Below, piece by piece: positions 14,440 to 23,678 of a stretch of DNA of 26,353 nt. Below the pieces are notes generated by a model, which was given only the letters and a program-made list of their open reading frames with translations, searched no databases and was not told the DNA's origin. Position 1 is the first letter of the stretch. The number at the start of each line of letters is the position of its first letter. The stretch is from a virus (Duplodnaviria > Caudoviricetes), in IMG/VR virus record IMGVR_UViG_3300005805_000408, positions 1 through 26,353 of that record; one strand, given 5' to 3'. A program made the translations under genes and the position numbers.

Positions 14440-15924
14440 TCACGGTTTGTTTTGTTGCTGGCGTTTTTCCCGCTCCATTCTGATCCTATCAAGAATTGAA
14501 GGAACAGCAGGCACAGGAGCAGGACTACTAGGCGAAGATCCAACAGCAGCACCCGCAGGAGCAGATTCAACTGCAGGCTCTTGCCGAATTGTTTGAATCC
14601 TTGTGTCATACCATGCTGGCATGCTGCTCAATGAGTAGTTAGACGCAAGTTGAGTTCGCAATTTGCGAGTTTCTGATCGAAATTTTTCCAGTTCCTCAGA
14701 ATAAGCTGCATCTTTTGCAGTCACCCCTTTGCGAAGTAATTGATTGTGCAATTTTCCAACGCCAATGTCCCGATATGCATTCAGTCCAAGCTGATCCAAA
14801 ATCCCAACAAATCCAGCTTGCGAATTGTCCAAACTTGGTGATCTTGCAGAACTCAAAGTTGATGCAGCATCAGTCGGATTGTTCAACCTACCGCGCAAGT
14901 TGACTTCAAGTTCTGCAATTCCTTTGATTAACTTGTCTGCTTTAGCCCTTGTTTCATTACTTGCATTTTTCAATTTGTCTCTAGCAGCAGCAATCATGCC
15001 CTCTGCTGCCGCAGACGTATTGCCGCCAAACTTTTCTACGAGCGCTCTAAATTGAGAAAAGAGATCACCACTACGTCCTATGGTAAACAATGGCTCCATA
15101 TCTTTGTCCACAGCAAGTGTGCGTAGACTTGCCAATTCATCAAGCGTGTCTTGCGCCTTGCCGGCTTCAAATGCAAACTTGTCGCCCTCTGACATGCCAG
15201 ATGTGGCTTTTTTGTTCGCATATGCAGCAAACGCTTCTGCCTTCTGAGGAATAGTCATCGTTGACCATTCAGTCGGAGTAAACCCAGGCGGCTTTGCTGC
15301 AGAGAGATTCTTAACGTACTCTTCAGATTCCTCTTTAGTTGCAGAACGAGCGCCCGTATAGGCTGGGTTGTTAATGATGAGTGCAGGATTGTCCAAAAGT
15401 TTTTGTTGGATACCCAAGCTGCCAGCAACAATGTCTTGTTCTTTTCCTTGTGCGCCAAGTGCCGCTTGTCTTTGATCCCAAAATTGTTTTGCTGCTTTTG
15501 CTACGTCGGTATCCACACCAAGAGAAGCAATCCGCGTATACGTGTTCTCATCCATCGGCTTGTTAGATGCCCGCCACTCCTGAAAGAGATCATTCTGTTT
15601 TTGCTTTTGGCCAAGCAGCATGTTGGCCTGCTCAATCTGGGCCTTCATCTGTGCAATGGGCAGTTGCTGCTCACGCTGCTGCTCAACGTTTTGACCTAGT
15701 GCCTCAGAAGCACTGCCAATAGACGCCAAAAAACCGCCCAATTGGGGCTTAGCAAAGCCGGCGGCTACCTTGAACCAGTTGGGCTGGTCATAGCGCCTCT
15801 CAAGGGCTCCAATCTGCTCCTGAAGGGTCGTCTTGTACTTCTCAATGGCCTCTGGAGCCTGCTCAGCAGGATTGATGTTGGCGAGACTGCCAGGAAACGA
15901 AAAATCTTGTTTCTGTGTCGCCAT
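14440..15924 (-). CDS. putative internal virion/ejection protein
   Basis: 494 aa, helical and Q/A-rich, situated between ejection-type genes. Confidence 0.65.
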   Translation of the reverse strand: MATQKQDFSFPGSLANINPAEQAPEAIEKYKTTLQEQIGALERRYDQPNWFKVAAGFAKPQLGGFLASIGSASEALGQNVEQQREQQLPIAQMKAQIEQANMLLGQKQKQNDLFQEWRASNKPMDENTYTRIASLGVDTDVAKAAKQFWDQRQAALGAQGKEQDIVAGSLGIQQKLLDNPALIINNPAYTGARSATKEESEEYVKNLSAAKPPGFTPTEWSTMTIPQKAEAFAAYANKKATSGMSEGDKFAFEAGKAQDTLDELASLRTLAVDKDMEPLFTIGRSGDLFSQFRALVEKFGGNTSAAAEGMIAAARDKLKNASNETRAKADKLIKGIAELEVNLRGRLNNPTDAASTLSSARSPSLDNSQAGFVGILDQLGLNAYRDIGVGKLHNQLLRKGVTAKDAAYSEELEKFRSETRKLRTQLASNYSLSSMPAWYDTRIQTIRQEPAVESAPAGAAVGSSPSSPAPVPAVPSILDRIRMEREKRQQQNKP

Positions 15925-15927
15925 GAA

Positions 15928-17241
15928 TTACCCCTTCTTGTAAGGCAAGCCGCCCAGAGATTTTGTAGAGGCGCAGCCGATGCGGCCACCAACAGCTTTA
16001 CGCTGCACAGAGCCGCCTTCAGCAAAAGTGTCTTCTGGATATGTCGTGTCATTAAAAATTGGCATACTACTGCTGAAATCACCAGTGATATTGCCAAAAT
16101 TACCAATGTTATCAAACCCAGATTGCCCAACTTGATCAGCAACATTGAGTGCTTCTCCAATGTTGCCAGCGCTGCTGCTGCCTGCTGAGGTTCCCCTGAT
16201 CATTTTAAGGATCTGATCAAGTTGACTGGAATTTGCAATTGGATTGCCAGATGTATCTAACTTTGGAGAAAGCAAACCAAGCGCTCCAGCACCAACTGCA
16301 CCAATCGCAGAGAACGGCGACATCTGCAGTTGAGTCTTCGTTGCAGTCGGGATGCTGTAGCCCTGCAGCAGGCTTGCCAGAGATGCCAATGTGGTCAGCG
16401 GATAGTTCTGCTGGTTCTGAGCAATTGTCTGCTGCTGACCGCCCAATGTAGACAGAGCATTGATGCAAGCCAGATTCATTGATTGCGCTGTTTGGCCAAG
16501 AGTGCCCATGCCTAAACCGGCTTTTTGCAATGCATCAGCCTGCTGTGCGGTCAACCCGCCAGCCGTCTGCGCTGCTTGCAAATTGGCTTGATTCTGAGCC
16601 TGTTGAGCAGCAGAAATCTGACCTGCAGCCTGGCCCAAAGCAGCCTGTTTCGCCTGCGCCGCCTGCAGAGCCTGACCAAATCCAGTATTTGCCATCTCAG
16701 ACAATTGCCTGTTGAGGTCTTGCTGAGCCTGCTGCTGCACTTGCCCAAGTACCTGAGCACCGCGCTGAGAACCAAATTGACCAGATCCCACAGCCGCAGC
16801 AGTTGCCTGAGGAGACAGGTTTTGAATGATGTTCCTCTGACCGATGTCAGAAACAGACTGCATGGCCTTTTGCAGATATGGGCTCATGTACTGGCCGGCC
16901 AAGCATGCAATGTTTAGATTTGCTGATTGGCAAATCATCGGCCTTGCAGCGCACAGAGGACTTGCGGTCGTTGCCGCTTGCAGATAAGGCGTGGCCGCGC
17001 CAGTGATATTCTGTCCTGCTGCTTGCCCCACATACTGCTGGCCAGTCGCCAGAGCCGGCTGAAACTGCCCTTGGCTGGCACATGCAGCCTCAAAGGCTTT
17101 TTGCTGTAGTGGCTGCGCTCCAACAAATTGAGCCGCTTGCTGTGCGGCCTGTCCCCGACTAGCAAGATTGCTGAGATAGTCGGTATAAAACCCAGGGGCA
17201 CATGTACTCTTTACTTGAGTCGATTGCAGCAGGTTTGCCAT
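15928..17241 (-). CDS. putative DNA-transfer/pilot (ejection) protein
   Basis: Q/A/G-rich; YMSPY...V, A..SGQFGSQR motif typical of podovirus ejection proteins. Confidence 0.7.
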   Translation of the reverse strand: MANLLQSTQVKSTCAPGFYTDYLSNLASRGQAAQQAAQFVGAQPLQQKAFEAACASQGQFQPALATGQQYVGQAAGQNITGAATPYLQAATTASPLCAARPMICQSANLNIACLAGQYMSPYLQKAMQSVSDIGQRNIIQNLSPQATAAAVGSGQFGSQRGAQVLGQVQQQAQQDLNRQLSEMANTGFGQALQAAQAKQAALGQAAGQISAAQQAQNQANLQAAQTAGGLTAQQADALQKAGLGMGTLGQTAQSMNLACINALSTLGGQQQTIAQNQQNYPLTTLASLASLLQGYSIPTATKTQLQMSPFSAIGAVGAGALGLLSPKLDTSGNPIANSSQLDQILKMIRGTSAGSSSAGNIGEALNVADQVGQSGFDNIGNFGNITGDFSSSMPIFNDTTYPEDTFAEGGSVQRKAVGGRIGCASTKSLGGLPYKKG

Positions 17242-17243
17242 TT

Positions 17244-19190
17244 TTATCCTTTCGCCTTCTCGATGTAGTCAAGAGGAGATTTTGCTTTCGGTGGAATCTT
17301 GTTCAGTGGAGCAGAACGCTTGTGTTCTCGCAACTTTTCTCGCAGACCATCAAGAATCGACGCACCCCTCTTATTGTCGCCTTGTCCGAGCGCTGTGACA
17401 AACGATTCCGGGAATACGTATTCCCCATCCGCAATCTTGGCCGGCACCACTGATCCACCCGATTTTGCACTATGGGGAACTTGCTGCCTAAAACCGTCCA
17501 GAACCTGCCTGCCGGCCTTGCTCGAGCCATCGCCCAGGGCAGATACGGTCTCAGCATCCATCACATAGTCCCCGTCATGCAGCATGGCCGGGATATCGTC
17601 CGACTGGCCGGTTCCGCGGCCATCAGCGTAGTACCCCGTCAACCCGGTCACAAACTCCGGCATATGGCCCTTTGGAGCAGCTTCCTGATACTTCTTTGGC
17701 AGACCGCCCTCGGCTAGGCTACCCATGTTGCCCAAAGGGGAGATGTTTTGCTGCAGATGACGCAATGATTTGAGCGCCAAGGGAGTGCGACGAGCCGATG
17801 CCACTGTCTGCAACATCTCCGGTTCTGACGGCGCAAACTTGGGCATCAGCTTGTCATCCAGTTCTGATCCAAACGTAGAGCCGCCAGATGCCATCAGTGT
17901 GGTCGGTTTAACTTGCTGTGCTTCTTGAGGCAGCAAACCCCTCTCTCGCAAAACGGCTGCAAGATCCTGATCAATGCCGGCAAACGGATTCATGGGCGCT
18001 CCTACGCTACGTCCTTGTAAAACATCTGCCGATGTGTCCAACCATGGGATTCCAACCGATGCCAACCCCCCAGCAACAGGGGCAGTACTAATTGAATTAG
18101 TAGTGGTCTTGGTCGGAGTGGTCGTCCCAGTGCCAGTTGTTGCACCAGATCCTACAGAAACTCCAGGTGTTTTTGTAGGCTCTGTGACAGGCAGAGTACC
18201 CTCTGTGGCTGCTAAATCAGCAATTGCTTGATCTTGTGGGATCGTATCAATCGCTGCTTGTTCACTTTCACCAACTTTTGCAGAAGACAGGCCTTCAAGA
18301 CTGCCAATGTTGCTTCCAGTATCAATCGCTGCTTGTTCGCCTTGGCCAACTTCAGCAGATGACAATCCCTCAAGATTGCCGACATTTTCTGCAGTATCAA
18401 TCGCGGCTTGCTCGCCCTGCCCTATGGCCACAAGATTAGGATCAAGCCCATAAACAGGCTCAATGTTTTTCGCTTCTTCAGTCAGAGGCTGGCCAAATAC
18501 ATCTAATGGAGATATATCAGAAACATTTGGTTTACTACTGTATCTATTAAGTGCAGATAATCCAGAATTGATTGCCGCATCAATTGCTGCTTGCGTTGGA
18601 TCTCTGTCAGATAACGATGCAGTGACAGCAGACTTGATTGATTGCTTTGCTACCTGAGGAAGATCAGCATATCCGGGAATTTCATTGGTAATGGCATCAA
18701 CGCCAGCAGACAATCCACCAGAAACAAGAATACTTAAAGGATCACCCTTACCAGTAACAGCAGAAAGAGCCGCCTGAGAAGTAATTTTTCCTGCAGTATT
18801 GGCAAGAGAATCACTTAAACCCAAATCGGAAAATTGTGATGCAGCCGCCCCAGCAATTTCACCACCAACTATAGGCAAAGCAGCAGAAATAATTCCGGCT
18901 TCAACATCACCACCGTTAAGTGCTGTGTTTATTGCGGCATTACCAACAACAGTTGCTGCCGTTCCGCTTAATCCAATTGCTTGCCCTATTGCAGTACCGG
19001 CTCCGGGTGCAACAATATTAATTGCCACTGCGGCCAAAAGCGCAGGATTATCCGCAACTTGTTCTATGGTGTTTACTACTGTTTCACCAACGTCTTCCAA
19101 GCCGCCTACTATAGCGCCACCAACATCTTCCGCAGTGTCAACTACATCGTCCCAAAGACTACCAACAAATCCACCACAGCATTTACCCAT
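17244..19190 (-). CDS. putative internal virion protein with G.GTG.SD.IPAML.DG.YV domain and internal repeats
   Basis: Gly/Ala-rich hydrophobic N-terminus, 25-aa tandem repeats, duplicated C-terminal PA...DG(D/E)YV motif. Confidence 0.7.
   Translation of the reverse strand: MGKCCGGFVGSLWDDVVDTAEDVGGAIVGGLEDVGETVVNTIEQVADNPALLAAVAINIVAPGAGTAIGQAIGLSGTAATVVGNAAINTALNGGDVEAGIISAALPIVGGEIAGAAASQFSDLGLSDSLANTAGKITSQAALSAVTGKGDPLSILVSGGLSAGVDAITNEIPGYADLPQVAKQSIKSAVTASLSDRDPTQAAIDAAINSGLSALNRYSSKPNVSDISPLDVFGQPLTEEAKNIEPVYGLDPNLVAIGQGEQAAIDTAENVGNLEGLSSAEVGQGEQAAIDTGSNIGSLEGLSSAKVGESEQAAIDTIPQDQAIADLAATEGTLPVTEPTKTPGVSVGSGATTGTGTTTPTKTTTNSISTAPVAGGLASVGIPWLDTSADVLQGRSVGAPMNPFAGIDQDLAAVLRERGLLPQEAQQVKPTTLMASGGSTFGSELDDKLMPKFAPSEPEMLQTVASARRTPLALKSLRHLQQNISPLGNMGSLAEGGLPKKYQEAAPKGHMPEFVTGLTGYYADGRGTGQSDDIPAMLHDGDYVMDAETVSALGDGSSKAGRQVLDGFRQQVPHSAKSGGSVVPAKIADGEYVFPESFVTALGQGDNKRGASILDGLREKLREHKRSAPLNKIPPKAKSPLDYIEKAKG
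18086..18102. repeat. perfect 17-bp palindrome TACTAATT-G-AATTAGTA
   Basis: Same 7-bp arms as the ParB-gene palindromes; encodes TNSIS. Confidence 0.75.
18244..18427 (-). repeat. 75-bp (25-aa) tandem repeat, ~2.5 copies
   Basis: GTATCAATCGC starts at 18244, 18319 and 18394; protein unit VGQGEQAAIDT...LEGLSSA. Confidence 0.85.
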
Positions 19191-19191
19191 A

Positions 19192-19569
19192 TCAAATCTC
19201 CATAATCATTAAATAAGGGTCAATGTTGCCGCCAACTTCTTGATATTTTGTAGATTTAACTCCTGCAGAAACTGCTATTTTTTGGGACTGCTGTTTATCT
19301 TGTACGCGCATTGCTATCTCTTGATAGCCCAACTTTTTCATAAAGATAACAAACATCCGTAGTGAGCGAATGTAGTTAGCAGCATTACCGCCATTGAAAA
19401 TATGAAAATACCCAATGTTGTCTTTTGATTGAATCAAAAATAAACAGTCGCCCTGTTGAACAATTTGCGTTCTAGGCTCACGCAAAAATTGTTTTACTTG
19501 AGAGCTTAATAACTCAGGATTTTGGCCTTGCCTAATCGCATGTGTCTCAATGATTTCACTAGGAGTCAT
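19192..19569 (-). CDS. small virion-assembly protein (position and size of P22 gp14/T7 gp13-type GNAT-like proteins)
   Basis: 125-aa alpha/beta ORF between nozzle and ejection genes; function inferred from synteny only. Confidence 0.55.
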   Translation of the reverse strand: MTPSEIIETHAIRQGQNPELLSSQVKQFLREPRTQIVQQGDCLFLIQSKDNIGYFHIFNGGNAANYIRSLRMFVIFMKKLGYQEIAMRVQDKQQSQKIAVSAGVKSTKYQEVGGNIDPYLMIMEI

Positions 19570-19578
19570 TGTTTTTCC

Positions 19579-19815
19579 TCAACTTTGAATAGACATGATG
19601 CCGCACATTGATTCAGCCCACTGCTGCCAAGTAGCAAAATTTCTGTGATCTGGAACGCCGGACTGCACAAAATACCCAATCCCGTTTAGACCGTCTACCC
19701 AAGTTCTCCATCTATCTTCAGGCACATGACCCAACTGGTTTGAGGCAAATTGCTCTTCAATCAGCTTGCAATACTGATCCCAGGTCATACCTCGAGGGTC
19801 ATACGTGATGGCCAT
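19579..19815 (-). CDS. conserved Trp-rich hypothetical virion-module protein
   Basis: 78-aa ORF overlapping the nozzle gene stop by 1 nt. Confidence 0.75.
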   Translation of the reverse strand: MAITYDPRGMTWDQYCKLIEEQFASNQLGHVPEDRWRTWVDGLNGIGYFVQSGVPDHRNFATWQQWAESMCGIMSIQS

Positions 19816-21833
19816 TATGGGTTCCCTGTGCCACGTACATCGCCAGTGTCTATGCTCATCAGAACACGACCCATGAAGTAGTTGCCGTTTTGCGTGTTGC
19901 TGCGGAAGATCAGGCGCATCTCGCGGCGCTGCTCTTTCATGTCAACTTTAAGCGTGTCAGGATTGAACATGTAGGGGTCAGACGGCTGCGGAATATCTTC
20001 TGCGTATCCATTACCCGTCACAATCACTTCCATTGCGCCAGACTGTACAAAATCAGGCTCAATGCGCTCAATGCGAGTCCAGACGTTGTCGCCAGGCTGC
20101 TCTGCAGCACCGACTAAGCCCATCCTGGCACCAATCACGCATGTCTCAAACGATGAATCAATTGCGTTGACTTGGTTTGTGTATACCTCGTTTGTGCCAG
20201 TCTCATGCTGCCATAAGGTGTACCCACCAGTGCCATTTTCGTCCCAGCCGCCCCAAATCGGGCGACGAAAAACTTCCGAGAACACGCCGGCAGACCGCCT
20301 TGAGCCCATGGCCTTGCCGGCGTCATACCAGATCTTCTCACGCACGTTGTAGATGATCGCATCGTTGCACTCAGTGCTATCACCGGACGGGAAAAACCAC
20401 CAGATTTCGCCAAACCGCGGCACCTTGCTAACCCAGACTTTTTGACGTTGAGAGTAGTTCAGATTGTCAAAAAAATAGTTGGCGTTCTGCTTGTTTTCTA
20501 CTTCCTGAACCACACCGTTGTACATCAGGAATCGGTCAGTACCAACCCAATAAAAGATGCCGTCATACTCAATCACGCACTGGCTGGACAGGATTGACGA
20601 TTGCTGTGTGATCAGGTCATAGCGCCAGTAGATCGTGGCACTTCCTACAGTCTGCGGTGAGTAAGTCACACGCACCACAGAGTCCAACGTCCAAAACAAG
20701 CCAGCAGGCGATGTTGTGCCACCACGAATCGGCAAACCCTTGACCACCTTAGTGGAAGAAATGTTGTTCTCGTTGGAATCTGCCGATGTCCAGTTATTGA
20801 AATCACCAGCAGCGCAGTTCTTTATCAGTCCATTGTTGCCATACGCAAACAGATACGGAAACAGCATCACAATGCCGCCAGAGACGCTGACGTTGTTGTC
20901 AAAGGTCAAGGTCACAGTGCCAGAGGCAGTCGCGTTCTGGCTCAATGTAGCCGTCCAGACACTACTGACAACAGATGCAGATACAACAGTAGTGCCGGCA
21001 GGAATGCCGGTGCCAGTCACACTTACGCCTGGGCCAATTGCCGCAATCGTGGTCGCAAACGTAACTGTGGGAGAACCATTCGTTGTCGTACCAGAGGCAG
21101 TGAACACCCCAACTGGAAGCAAAGTTGTTCCAGTAAAAGGCCCAAACATTGGCCTTGTGTTGTATGTTGATGAAATGTCTGCCAGGTTACGACCTGGATG
21201 AGCAATCAGATTGTTTTGACCATTACCCAGTGCATCGTAGCCAATGTCAAACTGCCACAGAGTGTTTGCATTCGGATCAAAAATCGTCAGTGACGCCACA
21301 TAGCCTGCAAAGCCTGATCCAGTGCCGCCAATGCTTGCCGCGCTGATGGTGACTGATTCATTGTGAACGTAGCCAACACCATTGGTGGTAATTGTGATGC
21401 TTGAGACACTATTGCCAGACACTACAACAGTAGCCAGAGCACCGGAACCACCAGTGGCAGTGATGGGCACAGATGTGTACGTGCCATTGGTGTACAACGA
21501 TCCAGGATTGGTGATTGCAACAGTTGCAAGTGGCCCAATAGCCGTGATTGGAGTCGGGCCAAAACCAACACCATTGTCGTTATCAGTTACCCAGCGCTCA
21601 ACTCCATCTGAATAGCCAGAAACAACATAGTTCAAACCATTGTCAGCACTCATGATCATGCCGCGGCTGATACCACTGGCATTGAGGAACACTCCAACAT
21701 AACCGCCAATTTTTCTAGGGCGAGCATACTGAAATCTCACCCACTTGCCGGATACATAACTGGGAGAGGCAAAGACTGTCCCGTCGCGCTGAATCCCAGC
21801 GCCCACTTGTAGTGTTACGACTTTGGCGGTCAC
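19815..21833 (-). CDS. tail nozzle / tail tubular protein B-like (P22 gp10-type) with inserted beta-rich domains
   Basis: GIQRDGT...WVRF...PRKIGG N-terminus, propeller-like repeats, F.EIWWFFP, IIYN..EK.WY, RIEPDF motifs. Confidence 0.75.
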   Translation of the reverse strand: MTAKVVTLQVGAGIQRDGTVFASPSYVSGKWVRFQYARPRKIGGYVGVFLNASGISRGMIMSADNGLNYVVSGYSDGVERWVTDNDNGVGFGPTPITAIGPLATVAITNPGSLYTNGTYTSVPITATGGSGALATVVVSGNSVSSITITTNGVGYVHNESVTISAASIGGTGSGFAGYVASLTIFDPNANTLWQFDIGYDALGNGQNNLIAHPGRNLADISSTYNTRPMFGPFTGTTLLPVGVFTASGTTTNGSPTVTFATTIAAIGPGVSVTGTGIPAGTTVVSASVVSSVWTATLSQNATASGTVTLTFDNNVSVSGGIVMLFPYLFAYGNNGLIKNCAAGDFNNWTSADSNENNISSTKVVKGLPIRGGTTSPAGLFWTLDSVVRVTYSPQTVGSATIYWRYDLITQQSSILSSQCVIEYDGIFYWVGTDRFLMYNGVVQEVENKQNANYFFDNLNYSQRQKVWVSKVPRFGEIWWFFPSGDSTECNDAIIYNVREKIWYDAGKAMGSRRSAGVFSEVFRRPIWGGWDENGTGGYTLWQHETGTNEVYTNQVNAIDSSFETCVIGARMGLVGAAEQPGDNVWTRIERIEPDFVQSGAMEVIVTGNGYAEDIPQPSDPYMFNPDTLKVDMKEQRREMRLIFRSNTQNGNYFMGRVLMSIDTGDVRGTGNP

Positions 21834-23054
21834 TCAGAAAGCCCCACCAACAATGCCAACCGGCACACGCAAACCAGTTGAAGCCAATGTTCCAGCATTC
21901 ACCCCATTGATCGCAAATCCCAACTGATTAGTTGCTGCGAGATACAAGCCAGTTGTCGCGCTCCCAGTAAAAGACAGAGATGGTGCTGCAGCAGATCCAT
22001 TGCCCAGCGTCAGAGCATTGATGAAACTGGATGTTGATGTCTGTGCGTTGTAAACGTTCGTGCCATCGCAAATTGCAATGATCGTCTGGTTTTGCGGCAA
22101 GATGACAGTCAAAGCTCCAACAGCGCCAGTGCTAAATGTGAGCGTGAACGCACCAGTGGTGTTATTCCTAAAAGAATACAACTGAACCGTAGGAGGCAAA
22201 ATTACCGTGCAGTTTGATGTCAAAACACCTTGATATTCCTGAATTATGTTTGCCGCTTCAGCAGCAGTTAAAGTAACTGTGCCACCAGTGACGTTTTTGG
22301 TAAGCTGAGTAAAGAAGAACTGAGCCGATTGCCCGTAGGCGTAGCTGTAATAAGTCGATCCACTAGATACGACAACAAACGACTCATTGATCTGCAGTTG
22401 TGCGCTGACCTGGCCATCAATGGTGTCAGACCCTTGAGGCAGCACATTCAAAATGCCTGTACCATCGTTTTTGATGATCACAAACCAGTTTTCGCCGGTT
22501 GATGCTGCAGATGGAAGAGTGACATTTCCTGCGCCACCAGTCCACACATACAAAGAAGATCGGTCATCCGATATCAATGTGTAGTCAGCAGAAAACGTTG
22601 TTACCGGCGTAGCCGTGTTCAGCGTTGTATTGATTGCCTTGAGACCATAGCCGGCCAAAGTGGCTGCATTGGCGGCAGATGTTCCTGCGCCAAATTGAAC
22701 CGTGCCCCAAGTTCCATCAATGGTGCTGTTGTCAGTGACATAAATGTACTGAGCAATACCAGATGAGACAGAAACAATTGTGTTTCCACTTGCATCAACT
22801 ACCGTAAATGTATTTGCACCGATGTTTCGGATTAAAGCGCTCTGACCAACAGACACCTGTGTGGCCGCGGGCATATACAACTTCAAACTAGCAACTGTCG
22901 CAGTCACTTCAACGATATTGGCTACAACATCTGTTGTATTTCCGTTGACAGGCCACTGCAACGTAGTATCAGTGGAAATCGTCAGTTCCTCATAGCCCAC
23001 TTGAGATGGGCTAATCGTCTGACCAGTATATGGGTTTGTATAACTTATAGGCAT
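21834..23054 (-). CDS. tail fibre / tail-associated structural protein
   Basis: Thr/Ser/Gly beta-rich; VTLPSAA...W..IIKN.G.G and GSAAAPSLSF..TGLY fibre-type motifs. Confidence 0.7.
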   Translation of the reverse strand: MPISYTNPYTGQTISPSQVGYEELTISTDTTLQWPVNGNTTDVVANIVEVTATVASLKLYMPAATQVSVGQSALIRNIGANTFTVVDASGNTIVSVSSGIAQYIYVTDNSTIDGTWGTVQFGAGTSAANAATLAGYGLKAINTTLNTATPVTTFSADYTLISDDRSSLYVWTGGAGNVTLPSAASTGENWFVIIKNDGTGILNVLPQGSDTIDGQVSAQLQINESFVVVSSGSTYYSYAYGQSAQFFFTQLTKNVTGGTVTLTAAEAANIIQEYQGVLTSNCTVILPPTVQLYSFRNNTTGAFTLTFSTGAVGALTVILPQNQTIIAICDGTNVYNAQTSTSSFINALTLGNGSAAAPSLSFTGSATTGLYLAATNQLGFAINGVNAGTLASTGLRVPVGIVGGAF

Positions 23055-23677
23055 AACTCTGCCTCCTTCTTGGCTTTTCTAATTGCCCAAATTGCTTTCA
23101 ACCGAGCACTCTGTTCAGCTTTCCATTTTGGATCGTTCAAGGCTTTTTTTGCGCTTTCACTGCGCTTTGCTTTTGACTCTGGAGTGTTTGATGACTCTTT
23201 AATTTTGGCAGCATGCTCTGGTGAATGAGGAATTCCCTTGCGGCCGCTTGGGATGCCCTTCTTGGCGCTTGGCTTTCCCTTATTCAAAACGCTGTTCATT
23301 TCACCAATGGCTTTTTTCAGATCGGGCCTGCTGTCCCAAGTCTTCTTGTTTGACTCTCTGATTTTCTGCTTATGCTCTTTGGTCTTTGCCATTCCCATGG
23401 TGCCATCACCACCGTCGGTCATGTTGTATCCATGGGGCATCTTTGTGTTGCGCTCCGCGATCAGCATGCGCTCAATCATCTTTGCAGATTCTGCATCAAA
23501 GGCGTCTGCAATATGCGTAAACACAAAAGCATCAATGCCATATTTTTTAATGGCTCGATGGATCAGTTGGTTATCACTGGCATTCCGGTGCCGCCGCCAA
23601 CGGCGCTCTAAGTGAACCGAAATGCCAACATATTGCTTAGCATTGACGGTGTTCGTGATGATGTAGATGGCGTACAT
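23045..23677 (-). CDS. GIY-YIG homing endonuclease with NUMOD3-type repeats
   Basis: AIYIITN..N.KQYVG, RRW..H, AIKKYG, E, GYNMTDGGDG, TKEHKQKI, HSPEHAAKI. Start re-called to ATG 23677, 1 nt after the adaptor stop. Confidence 0.9.
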   Translation of the reverse strand: MYAIYIITNTVNAKQYVGISVHLERRWRRHRNASDNQLIHRAIKKYGIDAFVFTHIADAFDAESAKMIERMLIAERNTKMPHGYNMTDGGDGTMGMAKTKEHKQKIRESNKKTWDSRPDLKKAIGEMNSVLNKGKPSAKKGIPSGRKGIPHSPEHAAKIKESSNTPESKAKRSESAKKALNDPKWKAEQSARLKAIWAIRKAKKEAELCL

Positions 23678-23678
23678 G

